A stretch of DNA of 64,000 nt, from assembly GCA_024137785.1 (NCBI GenBank), contig JAHRHZ010000145.1:35729435-35793434 (forward strand), written 5' to 3'. Both the position numbers and the translations under genes were made by a program. The notes beneath the pieces are model-generated. The model saw nothing but the letters and a program-made list of their open reading frames with translations, ran no database searches and was not told where the DNA came from. Origin of the DNA: Ginglymostoma cirratum (taxonomy: Eukaryota). Of the stretch, positions 1-13,330 are shown one piece after another. Every line of letters starts with the position of its first letter. Position 1 is the first letter of the stretch.

Positions 1-262
1 GATCGTTAGCAAGTCCTTTGTCTGTCCAACTGGCTTTCTCTCTCTTTGGGCTCTATCTTTTCATTTACTCCCTACCCCACCCACCTCCCTATTTTCTGCA
101 TATAATCTGATGTTTTCCCAGCCACCATCAGTTTTGAGGAAGGGTCACTGGACCCGAAATGTTAACTCTGTTTTCTCCTCCACCGATGCTGCCAGACCTG
201 CTGAGCTTTTCCAGCAACTTTGTTTTTGTTCCTGTTTTACAGCATCCGCAGTTCTTTTGGTT
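1..262 (+). mobile_element. Penelope-like element terminal repeat fragment with a degenerate hammerhead motif
   Basis: TTGAGGAAGGGTCACTGGACCCGAAATGTT at 134-163, followed by gatgctgccagacctgctgagcttttccagcaac; a near-identical inverted copy sits at 54721-54823. Confidence 0.7.
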
Positions 263-399
263 TTCATGATCAGAATGATGATATCCCATTACTCCTTACC
301 ACTATATTTCTTTACCACTCTATTTGCATATCATTGGTCACGCTGATTGTCCTGTGACCAGTCTTAGCTTGACAGAAGTTTTCTCCAGTTCCAAAATCT

Positions 400-1107
400 C
401 CATTCCTCGGCATCCAGTTCCATTCCTCCCTGACATTTGTCTGAGCCTGAACCAGATGATCACAACTCTGCATTCTGTTGAACCATGAGCCCAGTTCCTG
501 ATTCTATATCATCTTCCATCATCAAGACCACCTACTCCCAGTTTAATAATTACACTCTTCTTCATCCTTGTCTCTGCCCATCTACTGTTAGAACCCATAT
601 CGAGACTTAGATAAAGACTTCCCATGGAGTCACCCACCTCTAATCAGTGTAAATTTTAACATATCCAAAACTCTGTTGCTCATATCCTCGCAGAAAGTTT
701 AATTTTCCTGTTAACCTTTCTAGCAACACCTCTGATTTTAAATTTTCATATTGGCTCTCAAATCTTTTCATGTTGTCAACCTTCAATTTTTCTAACATCC
801 TCCATCGCTAAACCCTCCAAGGGCTCGATATTATCCCAAGCCTGGCCACTTTTGAAACTTTGATTTCCTTTGTTCTACCATTGGTAGCCCTGACTTCAGC
901 TGTCAGAATCTAAATCTTAACATTTGCCCCTAAAATAGACTACCTTTGTGATCGTCTTGAAAATGCTCCTTAAAATACTGTTCATATTTCCCAATATTGT
1001 CTCATGTGACTCAACATCACACACTTTCTTTCCTGATAACCCCCGTATGAAGTATCCTGTGACATTTAGCTATGTTAAAGATGCTATTTAAGTGCATGCT
1101 GTTGTTG
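400..1107 (+). mobile_element. Decayed L2-like LINE 3' fragment
   Basis: Ends in ctatgttaaagatgctatttaagtgcatgctgttgttg, resembling an L2/SINE-shared tail. Boundaries approximate. Confidence 0.45.
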
Positions 1108-1349
1108 ACTTATGCATAAATGGACTGATGCTGCGTTCATGCAGAGATCCCTATTCGGAATGCAAATTGGTTGAATAATTTATACCATGAGGGTGTAGCT
1201 CTATTTCTAGCCCATGCTTCTTCAAGCGTGCTTTCAGTTGAGGCGCTAGATTTCTGAATTTATTCCTTAATTGGATAATGTAAATCAGGATATGAAACAG
1301 TGCAACATGTAGTCATTTAAATTGTAACTTTTTTTCAATGTCCATATAG

Positions 1350-1616
1350 GTGCTCTTGTTGAATTCACCAAAGAGCTTGCAGATTTAGAAGTACCAGAAT
1401 TATTCTCAGGTGAATTAGAATGTGCTGTTTCGAGTGAAGATGCTGAGGGAAAATGGTACAAAGGAGATGTAGAGATCCAACCCAGCAGCAAATACTATAT
1501 TTCTTCTCGTCGTGGCCGGCACACTCTGACAGTTAAGGATGTTATCAAGGAAGACCAGGGCAGATACAGTTTTGTTGTTGAAGGAAAAAAGACAAGCTGC
1601 AATCTGAAGATGAAGC
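1350..1616 (+). CDS. TTN: Titin exon, Ig I3 (human exon 30 equivalent)
   Basis: atag acceptor, gtaagt donor, 267 nt; GALVEFTKELADLEVPELFSGELEC...KTSCNLKMK. Absent from the ORF track. Confidence 0.95.
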
Positions 1617-1773
1617 GTAAGTTAATTTTTTTTTAATGAGCAACTACATTCTGTTTTCTAATTCATACTTTTAACGAAGCATTTGGTTCAATACAACCAA
1701 TATCTGAATTTAACAGATTTAAGGACGTTGAAATGGGTTTTTTGACAATAGTCATCCTTGTTTCTTTTTGTAG

Positions 1774-2046
1774 CACGTGCTGTGACAATCCTTCAGGATC
1801 TTGAAGACCAGACCATTTGTGAAGGCGATATTGCCCAACTTGAAGTAAAATTCTCTCAGGAAAATGTTGAAGGTGTCTGGAAGAAGGATGGTCAAGAAAT
1901 CGAGGCCAACGAACGTGTTCACATTGTTATAGACAAAACATCACATATGTTGCTGATTGAAGATGCAACTAAAAAAGATGCTGGCAGATATTCATTCCAT
2001 GCCACTGATTTAGATCTTGTAACTTCCGGACGTTTAATTGTACAAT
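1774..2046 (+). CDS. TTN: Titin exon, Ig I4
   Basis: tag/gtaaat, 273 nt; PRAVTILQDLEDQTICEGDIAQLEVK. Confidence 0.95.
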
Positions 2047-2166
2047 GTAAATGTTAATACTTTTCATTCCTAATATTTCAGTTTTATAGTTTTTCATGCT
2101 ATTATAGGCAATATGTAGCCTATCCAAAGACTTCCAACTGACAACCATGTTTTCTTTATTTTCTAG

Positions 2167-2430
2167 CTATTGATATTGTGATCCCTCTTAAAGATGTTAC
2201 AGTTATTGAGGGAACAAAGGCAGTTTTAGAGTGCAAAGTCTCAGTTGCACATATCACTTCTGTGAAATGGTACCTCAATGATCAACCAATTCAACTTGGT
2301 GACAGGATACAGGCCATTGCAAAAGGAGCTAAACAGCGTTTGGTAATCAGCAAGTCATTTGCCTCAGATGAAGGTTGCTATAAACTTGTCATCGGTAAAA
2401 CTGAAACAAGCTGCAATCTATCGATTGAAC
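2167..2430 (+). CDS. TTN: Titin exon, Ig I5
   Basis: ctag/gtatgt, 264 nt; PLKDVTVIEGTKAVLECKVSV. Confidence 0.95.
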
Positions 2431-2525
2431 GTATGTGACCAATTACAATGAACTGATTTAAAAAACTTTTTTTTGTTTATTTGATTTCTGTTTTCTGAAG
2501 CTTGGGTTTGTGCCTTGCCTTACAG

Positions 2526-2786
2526 GAATTCAAATTATTAGAGGACTTAAAGATGTGACATGCACAGAGACTCAGAGTATTACTTTTGAAGCAGAGTTGT
2601 CTCATAGTGGAATCGATGTAGGCTGGGTATTTAGGAAGCAAGAGCTCAAAACAGGCCCCAAATACAAGATAGAGGCAAAGGGCAAAATTTACAGATTGAC
2701 TGTACTGAACATAATGAAAGATGAAGAAGGAGAGTATACATTTACTGCTGGTGAAAAGACATCAAAGGCAACCCTTACTGTTTCAG
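2526..2786 (+). CDS. TTN: Titin exon, Ig I6
   Basis: acag/gtatgg, 261 nt; IQIIRGLKDVTCTETQ. Confidence 0.95.
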
Positions 2787-3009
2787 GTATGGACAAACTA
2801 AATCCTACTCTGAACAAATAACCTTAAATAGAGTACTTTTTAATATTTGTTTGCATTAAAAATCATGGTGGCTGTTTATAAAAATAGACAGCAAGCTTAC
2901 ATCTAAATGAATATTTTAAATTATCTATAATCCATGTTTCATTAATTTTACTGTAAGATGGTATAAACACATGTGAGTGCTATTTTATGTCACAAGTTCA
3001 AAACGGTTG

Positions 3010-3560
3010 AAATCACAGAATTATTACAGTGCAGAAGGAAGCCATTTGGTCCGTGGTGCTTGCGCTGTTCCTGTTGCCTCCTGTCTTTTCGCCATATCTC
3101 TGTACACTATATTTCTATCTAAGTGATCATCCAATGGATGCCTCCCACTTGAATGTCTCATTGAACCTACCTCCAACAAATTTCCAGGCAGTCCATTTCA
3201 TACTCTAACTACTCACTGTATGGAAGAGTTTTTTTTTTCTCACATTGTCTTTGCTTTTATTTCACACTATTTTATATCTATACCCTCTTGTTCTTTTATC
3301 TTTTATGAGTGAGAGCAGCTTCTTCCTATGTACTCTGTCTAGTACTCTTATGATTTTGAAACTGTCCATCAAATCTCCTCTGGGTCTTCTCTCCAAGGAT
3401 TACAAACCAACTTCTTCGATCTATCCGCGTAATTGACGTTTCTCATTCCTGGAACCATTCTTGTAAATTGCTTCTGCAATCCCTGCAATGCATTCACATC
3501 TTAATGTGACAATCACAGCTGGACACAATACTCCAGCTGAGGCCTCACAAGTGTCTTGTT
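3010..3560 (-). mobile_element. CR1-like LINE 3' fragment
   Basis: Reverse-strand CR1 ORF2 end (LFSLEKRPRGDLMDSFKII-like) and 3' UTR. Boundaries approximate. Confidence 0.65.
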
Positions 3561-4470
3561 AAACAAGGCAAATCATTGCTCTGTGGTTGTGGTAATTAAC
3601 TAGATCACTCAAGGTTTTATTTTAACAAACCATCCACTTGTTATTTTTCTTTCTTACACTCGTATTTTCAGCACTTAAAAAGAAGCTTCAAGCACAGAAA
3701 ATTAAAAATGACATATTTCACAATTATGTGCTTATCAACAACTTAATTGCTTTTCAATATTTTTATCAACCCTTTACTTCAGATACCTCAGCCTCTTCTG
3801 AGATGGGGATTTTGTAATCTCCCTGTCTATGCTGACACCTTATCTGTTTTCCTTCTTACCACCATACATCCCATCATTTGATTATGATTTCAACTATGTT
3901 GATTCTTGTTTTGAAAATTTAAAAGCAACTTTTGTTTTTCAATGTATCCGTTAGCCATTGATCTCACCATTGTACAAGGGTGAATCAACGTATGACCTTC
4001 TACAATCACAACAGAAAGCTGTTGCCAATCTCTGACATCATTTTGTTACAACACGGAGACAAACGGTCAAATCAAATCAGCCTTCCTACCTCTGTATTCA
4101 CAACACAATAAAATTAAAACCTTCAAAGACCCTCAAAACTGACTCCAATTATTCCTAACCAGACTTTTTTAAAAAACCAATCCCAGACTCTGTGAATGAT
4201 CAATTCTAAAGACCAGGTTTCAGCGTAGGCAAAAAAACTGTAACTATTAATTAATAATACAGAATATTTTACATACGTTCATATTCATTGAGCAAGTTTA
4301 GTTTGTTCTTGAGATCTTCATCTAACTAAATTAGAGATTTAATCAGGATTAGAGATACTGTTAAATTTACACCAACAAGCTGCCATTGGATCAGTGTACA
4401 TGCAGATATATAAGTTTGTACTTGTCTTTTATTAGCTTTGGTTTATTCTAGTAATTTTATAAATCCTCAG

Positions 4471-4731
4471 GTGGTGCTATCAGCAAACCTCTTAAGGATC
4501 AGACGGTTCCAGAATCACAGCCAACTGTCTTTGAATGTATGGTGGCCAATGCAGACTCTGAGGGAATATGGTCAAAGGATGGCAAGCCAATAACCTTCGG
4601 TAATATTATCCGAAGTGAAGTAGATGGAGTTACCAGGCGTCTCATAATTGATATCACTAAATCAGAAGATGCAGCTGAATACTCATACCAAGTTGCAAAC
4701 TCCAAGACATCAGCTAAGCTGAAGGTTGAAG
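4471..4731 (+). CDS. TTN: Titin exon, Ig I7
   Basis: tcag/gtcagt, 261 nt; GGAISKPLKDQTVPESQ...SKTSAKLKVE. Confidence 0.95.
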
Positions 4732-5121
4732 GTCAGTATCACAATCAAGAAATGAAATACATTTATGTTTAGATACATAGCTGAAGAATAAGATTGCAGC
4801 CATTACAGTTTCATAGAAAAATAATAATGTAACATGAATAGAAACTGTAGAGTGTATTTGATATTATTTAACTATTAATAGAAAAACACCTTTTCCAGTA
4901 TTATAAGCACATAAAAACTGCCTTCTGGATAAATTTGAAATTTTTTAATCTAATTTGTATTAGGTAATGCAGTGTGTCTTACAGGCCAATGACAGATTGA
5001 GGTATTGGCATGGTATTGTAAATGGGGAGATTGTTTTTACCTCCCTTTACCTTCAAAATGAGTCACACAACTTGACAGAAGAGTGATATTGGAATTTAAC
5101 ATGCAAGAATAAAAAGAGTAT

Positions 5122-6411
5122 AAAGTTTTTGAGAAGATTTGTAGCTTGGGCTGTGTATGAGGTTGTAGACTTGCTCGCTGAGCCAGTGCTTTTAATTGCA
5201 GATGTTTCGACTCCTTGCTAGGTGATAACATCAGTGCGCCTCTGGTGAAGCATTAGTGTTCTGTCCTGCTTGTTATTTATATGCCTCAGTTTGCTGGGGT
5301 GGTTGGCATCACTTCTGGTTCTGTTTTTCAGTGGTTTGTATATCGGGTCCAGTTCAATGCATTTGTTGATGGGAGTGCTGGTTGGATTGCCAGGCCTCCA
5401 GGAATTCCCTGACATGTCTCTGTTTGGCTTATGCTATTATGGATGTGTAGTCCCAGTCGAATTCATGTCCTTTTTTGGCCGTGTGTGTTGAGGTCAATGA
5501 GAATTGGTCATGTCTCTTGGTGGCTAGTTGATGTTCGTGTATCCTTATGGCCAGTTTTCTACCAGTTTGGCCTATGTAATGTTTCTCGCGGTCCTTGCAT
5601 GGTATTTTGTATATTACGTTAATTTTATTGGTTGAGGATTTGGGATCCTTTACATTCGTCAGTAGCTGTCGCAGGGTGGTCGCTGGTTTGTGGGCTACCC
5701 TGATACCTCGGGGTTTGAGTAGTCGTGTGGTCATCTCTGAAATGGTCATCTCTGAAATGGTCATCTCTGCCTACAAGAAGACACAACATGACCAGACTCA
5801 CTAATCACCCTACCATACATCAAGGACAGTTCAGAGATGACCACAGCAGTACTCGGACCCCAAGGTATCAGGGTAGCCCACAAACCAACGACCACCCTGC
5901 GACAGCTACTGACGAATGTAAAGGATCCCAAACACACAACCAATAAAATTAATGTAATATACAAAATACCATGCAAGGACCGCGAGAAACATTACATAGG
6001 CCAAACTGGTAGAAAACTGGCTATAAGGATTCATGAACATCAACTAGCCACCTAGAGACACGACCAATTCTCACTGGTCTCAATACACATGGACAAAGAA
6101 GGACACCAATTCGACTGAGATGATACATCCACAATAGCACAAGCCAAACAGAGACATGCCAGGGAATTCCTGGAGGCCTGACATTCCAACTGGAACTCCA
6201 TCAACAAATGCATTGAACTGCACCCAATATACAAACCACTGTAAAACAGAACTGGAAGTGATGCCAATCACCCCAGCAAACCGAGGCATATAAATAACAA
6301 GCAGGACAGAACACCAATGCTTCACCGGAAGTGCACTGATGATGTGATCTAGCAGAGTGTCAAAACATCTGCAATCAAGCACACAGGCTCGGCAAGCAAG
6401 TCTACAACCTC
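5122..6411. mobile_element. Penelope-like retroelement insertion made of two inverted, truncated GIY-YIG endonuclease/pLTR arms
   Basis: Both strands encode NVIYKIPCKDREKHYIGQTGRKLAIRIHEH (GIY-YIG). Arms 5158-~5770 (-) and ~5770-6412 (+) are reverse complements. Flanked by the direct repeat AAAAAGAGTAT (5111-5121 and 6412-6422). Confidence 0.9.
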
Positions 6412-7597
6412 AAAAAGAGTATCCTAACATTTATGCATTACAAAATGAACAGTCGAATATCCCACTAGTTCTGTGATCAAGGAAGACTTAATAATTTGAA
6501 ACTGTTAAAAACTACTACTTACAAGTAAATGAATTAACTGTCCTTTATTCTCAGTTCATAACTTTAATTTGCAAAGTTTGACTTTTAATGAAATTAGACA
6601 AAATAGTACTATAACAGTGTACCAGGGAAAAAGTAGAACAGCTGTTTAATACTTTCATTTGAAGGACTTTTGCTTACATGTTATTGAATCATTCACATAT
6701 GGGAAAACTGACTGTTTTATTTCTCCCCAAAGTAGTGATGTAAATACATTCCAGAAAATGAAAATGCTGTTGCTTTTTTAATGGATGTTATTGGAAGCAT
6801 AGACAGAAGTTTAATATTTTCCATTATGTTAAGTGAGATATGTCTCTCTAGAGTTGACTGGAAATCTCTTACTATTAAAATCTTAAATTCATTTAATTCT
6901 ATTTTAAAAATACTGTGATATACAAATTATGGCATTAACATAACTAATTAGTCCTATTACTCTACACCTAGGTGAAAAATTAGAAATTTGACATCAGTTG
7001 AGGTATAAAACGAAATGGCTCTCATGTTCCATGGGGTCTTTACAGTTTCTAATGATTGTTAGGGGACACCAATGATTGGTCCAATACAATTAAAAGGATA
7101 CAAGAGTAGGGAGGAGGATGAAATAGAGAGTTATTTGGCAATATGATTAAGGAAAGACGTGATCAGGGAATAAGGTGGAAATGTCTATTTAAAGCCAAGG
7201 CAGCTAGTCAAGTGAACTTTTCGTGGCAGTATAAATTGACTGTACAAATGTTTTACTAGTAGAATCCCTGTGATCGTTCACAAGACTAGGACTTCTCCTT
7301 GTACACTCATAACTCAGAACAAGTCATCCAACTTTCCATGCATTTTTGGGTACCAGATCAAATCATCACCCATACAACATTAATACATGACTAGAAGCCT
7401 GTGGCTCAGCACAAGAAAGCAATCAGGCAAGTTATGGGGCTCATTAGATTGCAGAGTCTCACTTGATCTTCAGATCTTCAGTACAACTGAGAAGTCATAC
7501 TTTCCCCTCCTTTCAGGTAATTAATAATCTGAGTCAATGGATAATTGAGATTGCATTATTAATAAATAACCTTAATAAAATTGTTCTCTGAACCCAG

Positions 7598-7861
7598 CTG
7601 TCAAGATAAAGAAGACTCTGAAAAATCAGACAGTCACAGAAACACATGATGCAGTCTTCACCTTAGAGCTTACACATCCTGATGTGACTGGAGGCCAGTG
7701 GATTAAAAATGGGGAAGAAATCAAACCTAGTGACAAGTATGAGATTACCGTAGATGGTGCCATACATACTCTAAGAATTAAGAAGTGTGTAGTTTCAGAT
7801 GAATCTGTGTACAACTTCAAACTTGGCAGATTGTCAGCTAATGCTAGACTTCATGTGGAAG
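7598..7861 (+). CDS. TTN: Titin exon, Ig I8
   Basis: ccag/gtaagt, 264 nt; AVKIKKTLKNQTVTETHDAVF. Confidence 0.95.
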
Positions 7862-8356
7862 GTAAGTGCTGGAATTTATATCTTATATTGCTTAACAATA
7901 CAAATTATTAAAAACACATTACTGTAGGTAGTAATTCCTTAAAAACTTTTGAAACCATTTTTAACCATGCTAATAAGTACTAACCTATTCGTGTGTTATA
8001 CATTTTAAATATTTTTATACAAACTCTATGCAGACTTGCAGAATTGCCAAGCAAGTATTAATATCTTGGCTCGTTCACCTAAAAATGAGTTATTTTGGCA
8101 TTGAGAGCAACCTAATGACAAAACTCAATGTAATTTGAGTATTAGCTTAACACTTGTGACATATTACTGACTTTTCATGAATTATTTTCATATTTGCTAA
8201 CTGTAAATTAAGTTGCACATCTCATTACATTTTGTATCTTAAATTATGATGATGAAAATTTGCCTCCTTGAGCTTTCTTTTGGTAATTATTGTGGTGTCT
8301 AAAACGTTTATTTGAATGTTCAGAACTAAACACAATATTTTGTTTCATATTATTAG

Positions 8357-8617
8357 TTATCAAGGTAATTAAGAAACCAAAGGACATCACAGCTATGGAA
8401 AATGCCACTGCTACATTTGAACTAAGTGTATCACATGATAATGTGCCAGTAAAATGGATGTTCAACAATGTGGAACTTAAGACAAGTGACAAGTGCAAAG
8501 TTATTGCACAGAGGAAAGTTCACAAACTAGTATTGGAGAATGTCACTCCAGCGCAAGTTGGGGAGTATTCAGCTATTATTGGACAACTTGAATGCAAAGC
8601 AAAACTTTATGTTGAAT
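8357..8617 (+). CDS. TTN: Titin exon, Ig I9
   Basis: ttag/gtgagt, 261 nt; IKKPKDITAMENATATFELSVSHD. Confidence 0.95.
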
Positions 8618-8754
8618 GTGAGTGGATAATTTTATATTCTGCTCGTGATAGTACATTACAAAACAGCAATTTAATGTAAAATTGAAATAATCCATCATCC
8701 CAAAAGATAGAATGCAGAAAATAGATACTAATTTTTCAAAACTTTTTCATTTAG

Positions 8755-9015
8755 CTGTGCACATCACCAAGACTATGAAAAATGTCGAAGTTCCTGAGAC
8801 AAAAAATGCAACCTTTCAGTGCGAAGTGTCTCATTTCAATGTACCATCCACCTGGTTGAAGAATGGTGTGGAAATAGAAATGAGCGACAAGTTCAAAGTT
8901 GTTGTGCAGGGCAAACTCCACCAGCTAATTATAATGAACACAAGCAATGAGGACTCTGCAGAATACACCTTCATCTGTGGAAATAATAAAGTGTCAGCTA
9001 CTCTGACAGTAAAAC
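8755..9015 (+). CDS. TTN: Titin exon, Ig I10
   Basis: ttag/gtaaga, 261 nt; HITKTMKNVEVPETKNATFQCEVSHFNVPS. Confidence 0.96.
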
Positions 9016-9181
9016 GTAAGATTTCTTCATTTCAGTACCATATACCCATAATTCTGAGTTAACCTTCCGTAATTACAGATGACAAAGTAAGCACCCAGTA
9101 GTGTTTACGAATGTATACATTAGAATGTGTCCATTAATAATCATATTCCTCTGCAACTAAATTATTGTTTTCCTTCTTTAG

Positions 9182-9442
9182 CAATTTTAATAACATCCAT
9201 GCTAAAGGATATGAATGCACAAGAGAAAGATACAATTACCTTCGAAGTAACAGTGAATTATGAAGGTATTACTTACAAATGGCTCAAGAATGGCAAAGAA
9301 ATCAAGTCAACTGAGAGAACACAAATAAAGACCAAGCAATTAACACACACACTTTCAATCCGAAATATTCACTTTGGTGATGCAGCAGAGTACAGTTTTG
9401 TTGCTGGATCAGCATCATCTGCAGCAACTTTATATGTGGAAG
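9182..9442 (+). CDS. TTN: Titin exon, Ig I11
   Basis: ttag/gtaatt, 261 nt; ITSMLKDMNAQEKDTITFEVTVNYEGI. Confidence 0.96.
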
Positions 9443-9554
9443 GTAATTAACAAAATAATTTATTTGTGCGTTTGTTTATGTCACATAGTTCACTGTAAAA
9501 TTGTATGTTTAGTGTATGCAATAGAGTGTAAAATCAGCATATGTCCTTCTCTAG

Positions 9555-9696
9555 CTCGGCATATTGAATTTCGGAAGCACATCAAAGATATCAAAGTCAC
9601 TGAGAAGAAGAAAGCCACCTTTGAGTGTGAAGTTTCAGAACCAAATATTGAAATACAGTGGAGGAAGGATGGTGTGGAGCTCCAGCCTTCTGAAAG
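9555..9696 (+). CDS. TTN: Titin exon, N-terminal half of Ig I12
   Basis: ctag/gtaagt, 142 nt, phase 1 to 2; ARHIEFRKHIKDIKV. Confidence 0.95.
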
Positions 9697-9786
9697 GTAA
9701 GTGTTCGATCGACACAACATTTGATAAATGAACACAAGCAATGGCTTTGCATTTTCTTTTGCTATTTCTTTGCTTTTTTTTAACAG

Positions 9787-9955
9787 AATTAAGATGCACA
9801 GTGAGAAATTTATTCATCGCCTCACCATTCCTGTTACAAAAATGGCTGATTCCGGCCAGTATGCAGCGGTTGTGGGTGAAAATATTTCCACTGCTAATTT
9901 GTACGTGGAAGCACGACACATTGTCATTTCAAAACCTATTCATGCAGATATCCAG
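9787..9955 (+). CDS. TTN: Titin exon, C-terminal half of I12 and start of I13
   Basis: acag/gtatga, 169 nt, phase 2 to 0; IKMHSEKFIHRLTIP. Confidence 0.95.
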
Positions 9956-10088
9956 GTATGATGCATTTTCTTTTTATTTAAAATAATAGTTTTTGCAGTT
10001 ATCATGTAGAAATTGAAAACAGAAGAAAATCACTGAGTTTTATACTTTCCATACATTATTTTAACAAAACCTAATTTTCTGTAATCAG

Positions 10089-10320
10089 GTCATTGAGAAA
10101 AAGAAAGCCATATTTGAATTTGAAGTTGATGAAGATGATGTTGAAGCTCAATGGCTCAAAGATGGAACTGAGATCAACTTTCAGGTTGAAGAAAGATACA
10201 GATATATAATCCAAAGACGCGTACATCGCATGACCATCACTGAAACCAAAGTTTCTGATTCTGGCAAATACACCTTTGTGGCTGGCAGGAATCGAAGTTC
10301 TATGAAACTTCTTGTTAATG
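10089..10320 (+). CDS. TTN: Titin exon, remainder of Ig I13
   Basis: tcag/gtatgt, 232 nt, phase 0 to 1; VIEKKKAIFEFEVDEDDVEAQWLKDG. Absent from the ORF track. Confidence 0.95.
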
Positions 10321-10999
10321 GTATGTACAAAGCAACAACTACTTGCTATCATGAAATACCTTTATGGTACAAAAACTAGTGCTTCATAGAGTGTAATCAG
10401 ACAAAATGACTGCTGGACCAAAGCAGGAGGTATTAGGAGAATTGAGCAACAATTTTTGTTCAAAGTTGGGTGTTAATGAATGTCGAAAAGAAGAAACAAA
10501 TAATGAGGCAGTGATGTTAGGAAGAAAATTGCAGAACTTAGGGCTAAAAGTACAGCTATTAAAAGAAGTGGCATCATGAATTCAAGTTTAAGCGTTGGCC
10601 AGATGTCATACAAGTGTAATTGGAAGTAACTTGGCAGGCATTTTTAAAGAGTATATGGAATATATACGAGTATATGTGGATGGAATTTGATAAAAGAATG
10701 TGTGTGGTGAGGGATACAAGAAAATGGTTGATCATAATCTTGTTTTGAGCAAAAAAAAGGCCACGTAAAGCTGGGAATACATTGCGGGATTGACGGAGCT
10801 GATGTGAATATAAGGAGCAATGCTTTTGCAAGAGGGGAGGTTGACAGCGCCATGAAATCAGGAGAGAAGGGAAGATGAGTTGAAATAGAAACAGTGGTGA
10901 GGAGTCAACAAATGAGCAGGTTAAGGTTGGAAAGGAAAGGAAAGGAGATATTTTTGTAAGAAACTAGAGGTGCGGCTGATTTATTAAGGATGAGATTGC

Positions 11000-12293
11000 A
11001 AACTGCTTGGAAGTGCGTGATGAAATAGGGCTGAGTCAGCATGACTTCAACAAGGGGAAGTCATACCTGACAGATCTGTTTGAAATCTTTGAGGAGGTAA
11101 TGAGCAATTTAGACAAAAGAGAGCCAGTGGATATGATCTGTTTGGATTTGTAGAAGGTCTTTGACAAGTTGCCGCACAGGAAGTTGTTAACAAAAGATAA
11201 GAGCCCATGGTGACAGGGACAAGGTACTGGCATGGATAGAGGATTGGCTGACTGGCAGAAGGCAGAGAGTGGAGATAATAGAGTCTTTTTTTCAGGATAG
11301 CAGCCAGTGACTAGTGTAGTTCAGTAGAGGTCAGTGTTGAGATCACAACTATTCACATTATACATAAGCAATCTGGACAAAGGAACTGAGGGCATTATTG
11401 TTATGTTTGCAGATGACACAAAGATAAGTGGAGGGACAGATAGTGTTGGGGAAGCAGGAGACTGCAAAAGGACTTGAACAGGCTAGAAGAGTGGGCAAAA
11501 AAGTGGTAGATGGAATACATTCTGGGAAAGTGTGAGGTTCTGCATTTTCGTAGGAAGAATAGAGGCATAGACTGCTTTCTAAATGGGTAAAGACTTCAGA
11601 AATCTGAACCACAAAAGAATTTAGGAGTCCTAGTTCAGGACTCTCTTAAGTTTAACATGCAGGTTCAGTTGGAAGTTACAAAGGCAAATGCAATGTTAGC
11701 ATTCATTTCAAGAGGACTAAAATACAGGAGCTGAGATGTATAACTGAGGCAATGTAAGGCTCTGGTCAGACTGCATTTTGAATATTGTAAGCAGTTTTGG
11801 GCCCCATATCTAAGGAAGGATGTGCTGGCCTTGGAGGATGAAGGGCTTGTCATATACGGAGCAGTTGAGGATTCTGGGTCTGTACTTGAAGGAGTTTAGA
11901 AGGATGAGGGGTGTTCTTATTGAATCTTACAGAAAACTGAGAGGCTGGTTGGAGTGGATGTGGAGAATATGTTTCCACTAGTAGGAGAGTGCAGAACCTG
12001 TGGAGGCAGCCTCATAGTGAAGAGATGACTCTTTAGAACTGAGATGAGGAGGAATTTCTTCAACCAGAGAATAGAGAATCTGTGGAACTCATTGCCACTG
12101 AAGGCTGTGGAGTGTATGTAGAGAGTATTTAAACAGAGATAGATAGGTTCTTGATTAGTAAGGGGATCAATGGTTATGGGTGAAGGCAGGAGAGTAGCGT
12201 TGAGAAACGTATCAGCCATGATTGAATGGCGGAGCGGACATGATGGGTGAATGGCCTAGATCTGCCCTAATATGTTATGGTCTTATGGCCTTA
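11000..12293 (+). mobile_element. CR1 LINE 3' fragment (decayed reverse transcriptase)
   Basis: QHDFNKGKSYLT, DLxKVFDKLPH and FADDTKISG motifs with stops and frameshifts; tail tatgttatggtcttatgg. Confidence 0.85.
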
Positions 12294-13045
12294 GGTTGGT
12301 GGTAGACAGCAAGTAATTTCTAATAGAGGAAGGAGGGTGAGGTGGTCAAAGGGGAAGATACCATCAGAAATTAATAGCACCACCAACTGAGTTGAGAGCT
12401 GTTGATGTTAAAATGGTGACTGTGAGGACATGTGAAGAGAAGGTTATTTTTAATTTTTAAGACATTACAGCTAGTGAACTATGAAAATGGAGGGATAGCT
12501 ATGGCCTGCAGCTGTTTTTGATCTGGTTTTAATATCCATTATAGGTCCTGTGATTAACAATACTTGCCCTCAATTGGGCAACACAGAAATGACTTGTTCC
12601 GAAGGCAGCGTGATCAGTAACGGATAGATTCGGGTTCATAGTAGTTGTCAATGGTTCTAAATCGTGTACCTACCTACCTCCAATCTAGACACCAAACTAA
12701 CTTCAAACCCCCCAGTTAAATTTGAATTTCAGATTACTTTACTCAATAAGAAACCATATTTAAGAAGGTCTTAATTCTTTACTGCCAGCTATTTGATGCT
12801 AATGTTCAGTTCTTTGGCAAATGGAATCTTTCGAAGGAAGTTAACTTTTTGAGCTTTTATTCAAAAGTCCCTAATTATTTCTTTTCTTGGGATATTTTTA
12901 ATGTATTTCATGCTATTGGCTGGACAATTCACTATTGCTATGAAGAGAATGTATGTATGGCAACTGGACAGTAGATAACAGAAGTAATTAGTTTGTGGAA
13001 ATTGGAATCCAAGTGTTTTTATATTCTTCTTTGTTGTTATTTTAG

Positions 13046-13330
13046 CCCTTGAACCGCCTTCTTTTAAGTTGGAGTTGGAACCTTGCATTGTGAAAGCTGG
13101 CGAACCTGCTCGATTCTGTGCTGTAATAGTTGGCACACCAAAATTAGAAGTGTCTTGGTTCAAAGACGGCCAAAAACTTTCCTCAGGATTTAAACGCAAG
13201 TTACTTCATGACGAGAATCAGTATACCTTATTACTGATTGAGGCATTCCCTGAAGATGCAGGCACCTACAAATGTGAAGCAAGAAATGAAGTTGGGTTAG
13301 CTGTTAGTGGTGCTTCACTTGATGTTGAAG
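13046..13330 (+). CDS. TTN: Titin exon, Ig I14
   Basis: ttag/gtatac, 285 nt; PARFCAVIVG...YTLLLIEAFPEDAG. Confidence 0.95.

Noticed and set aside
5429-6055. GIY-YIG ORFs as a functional or domesticated nuclease gene
   Set aside because: Truncated, interrupted by stops, lacking reverse transcriptase, and part of a Penelope palindrome.
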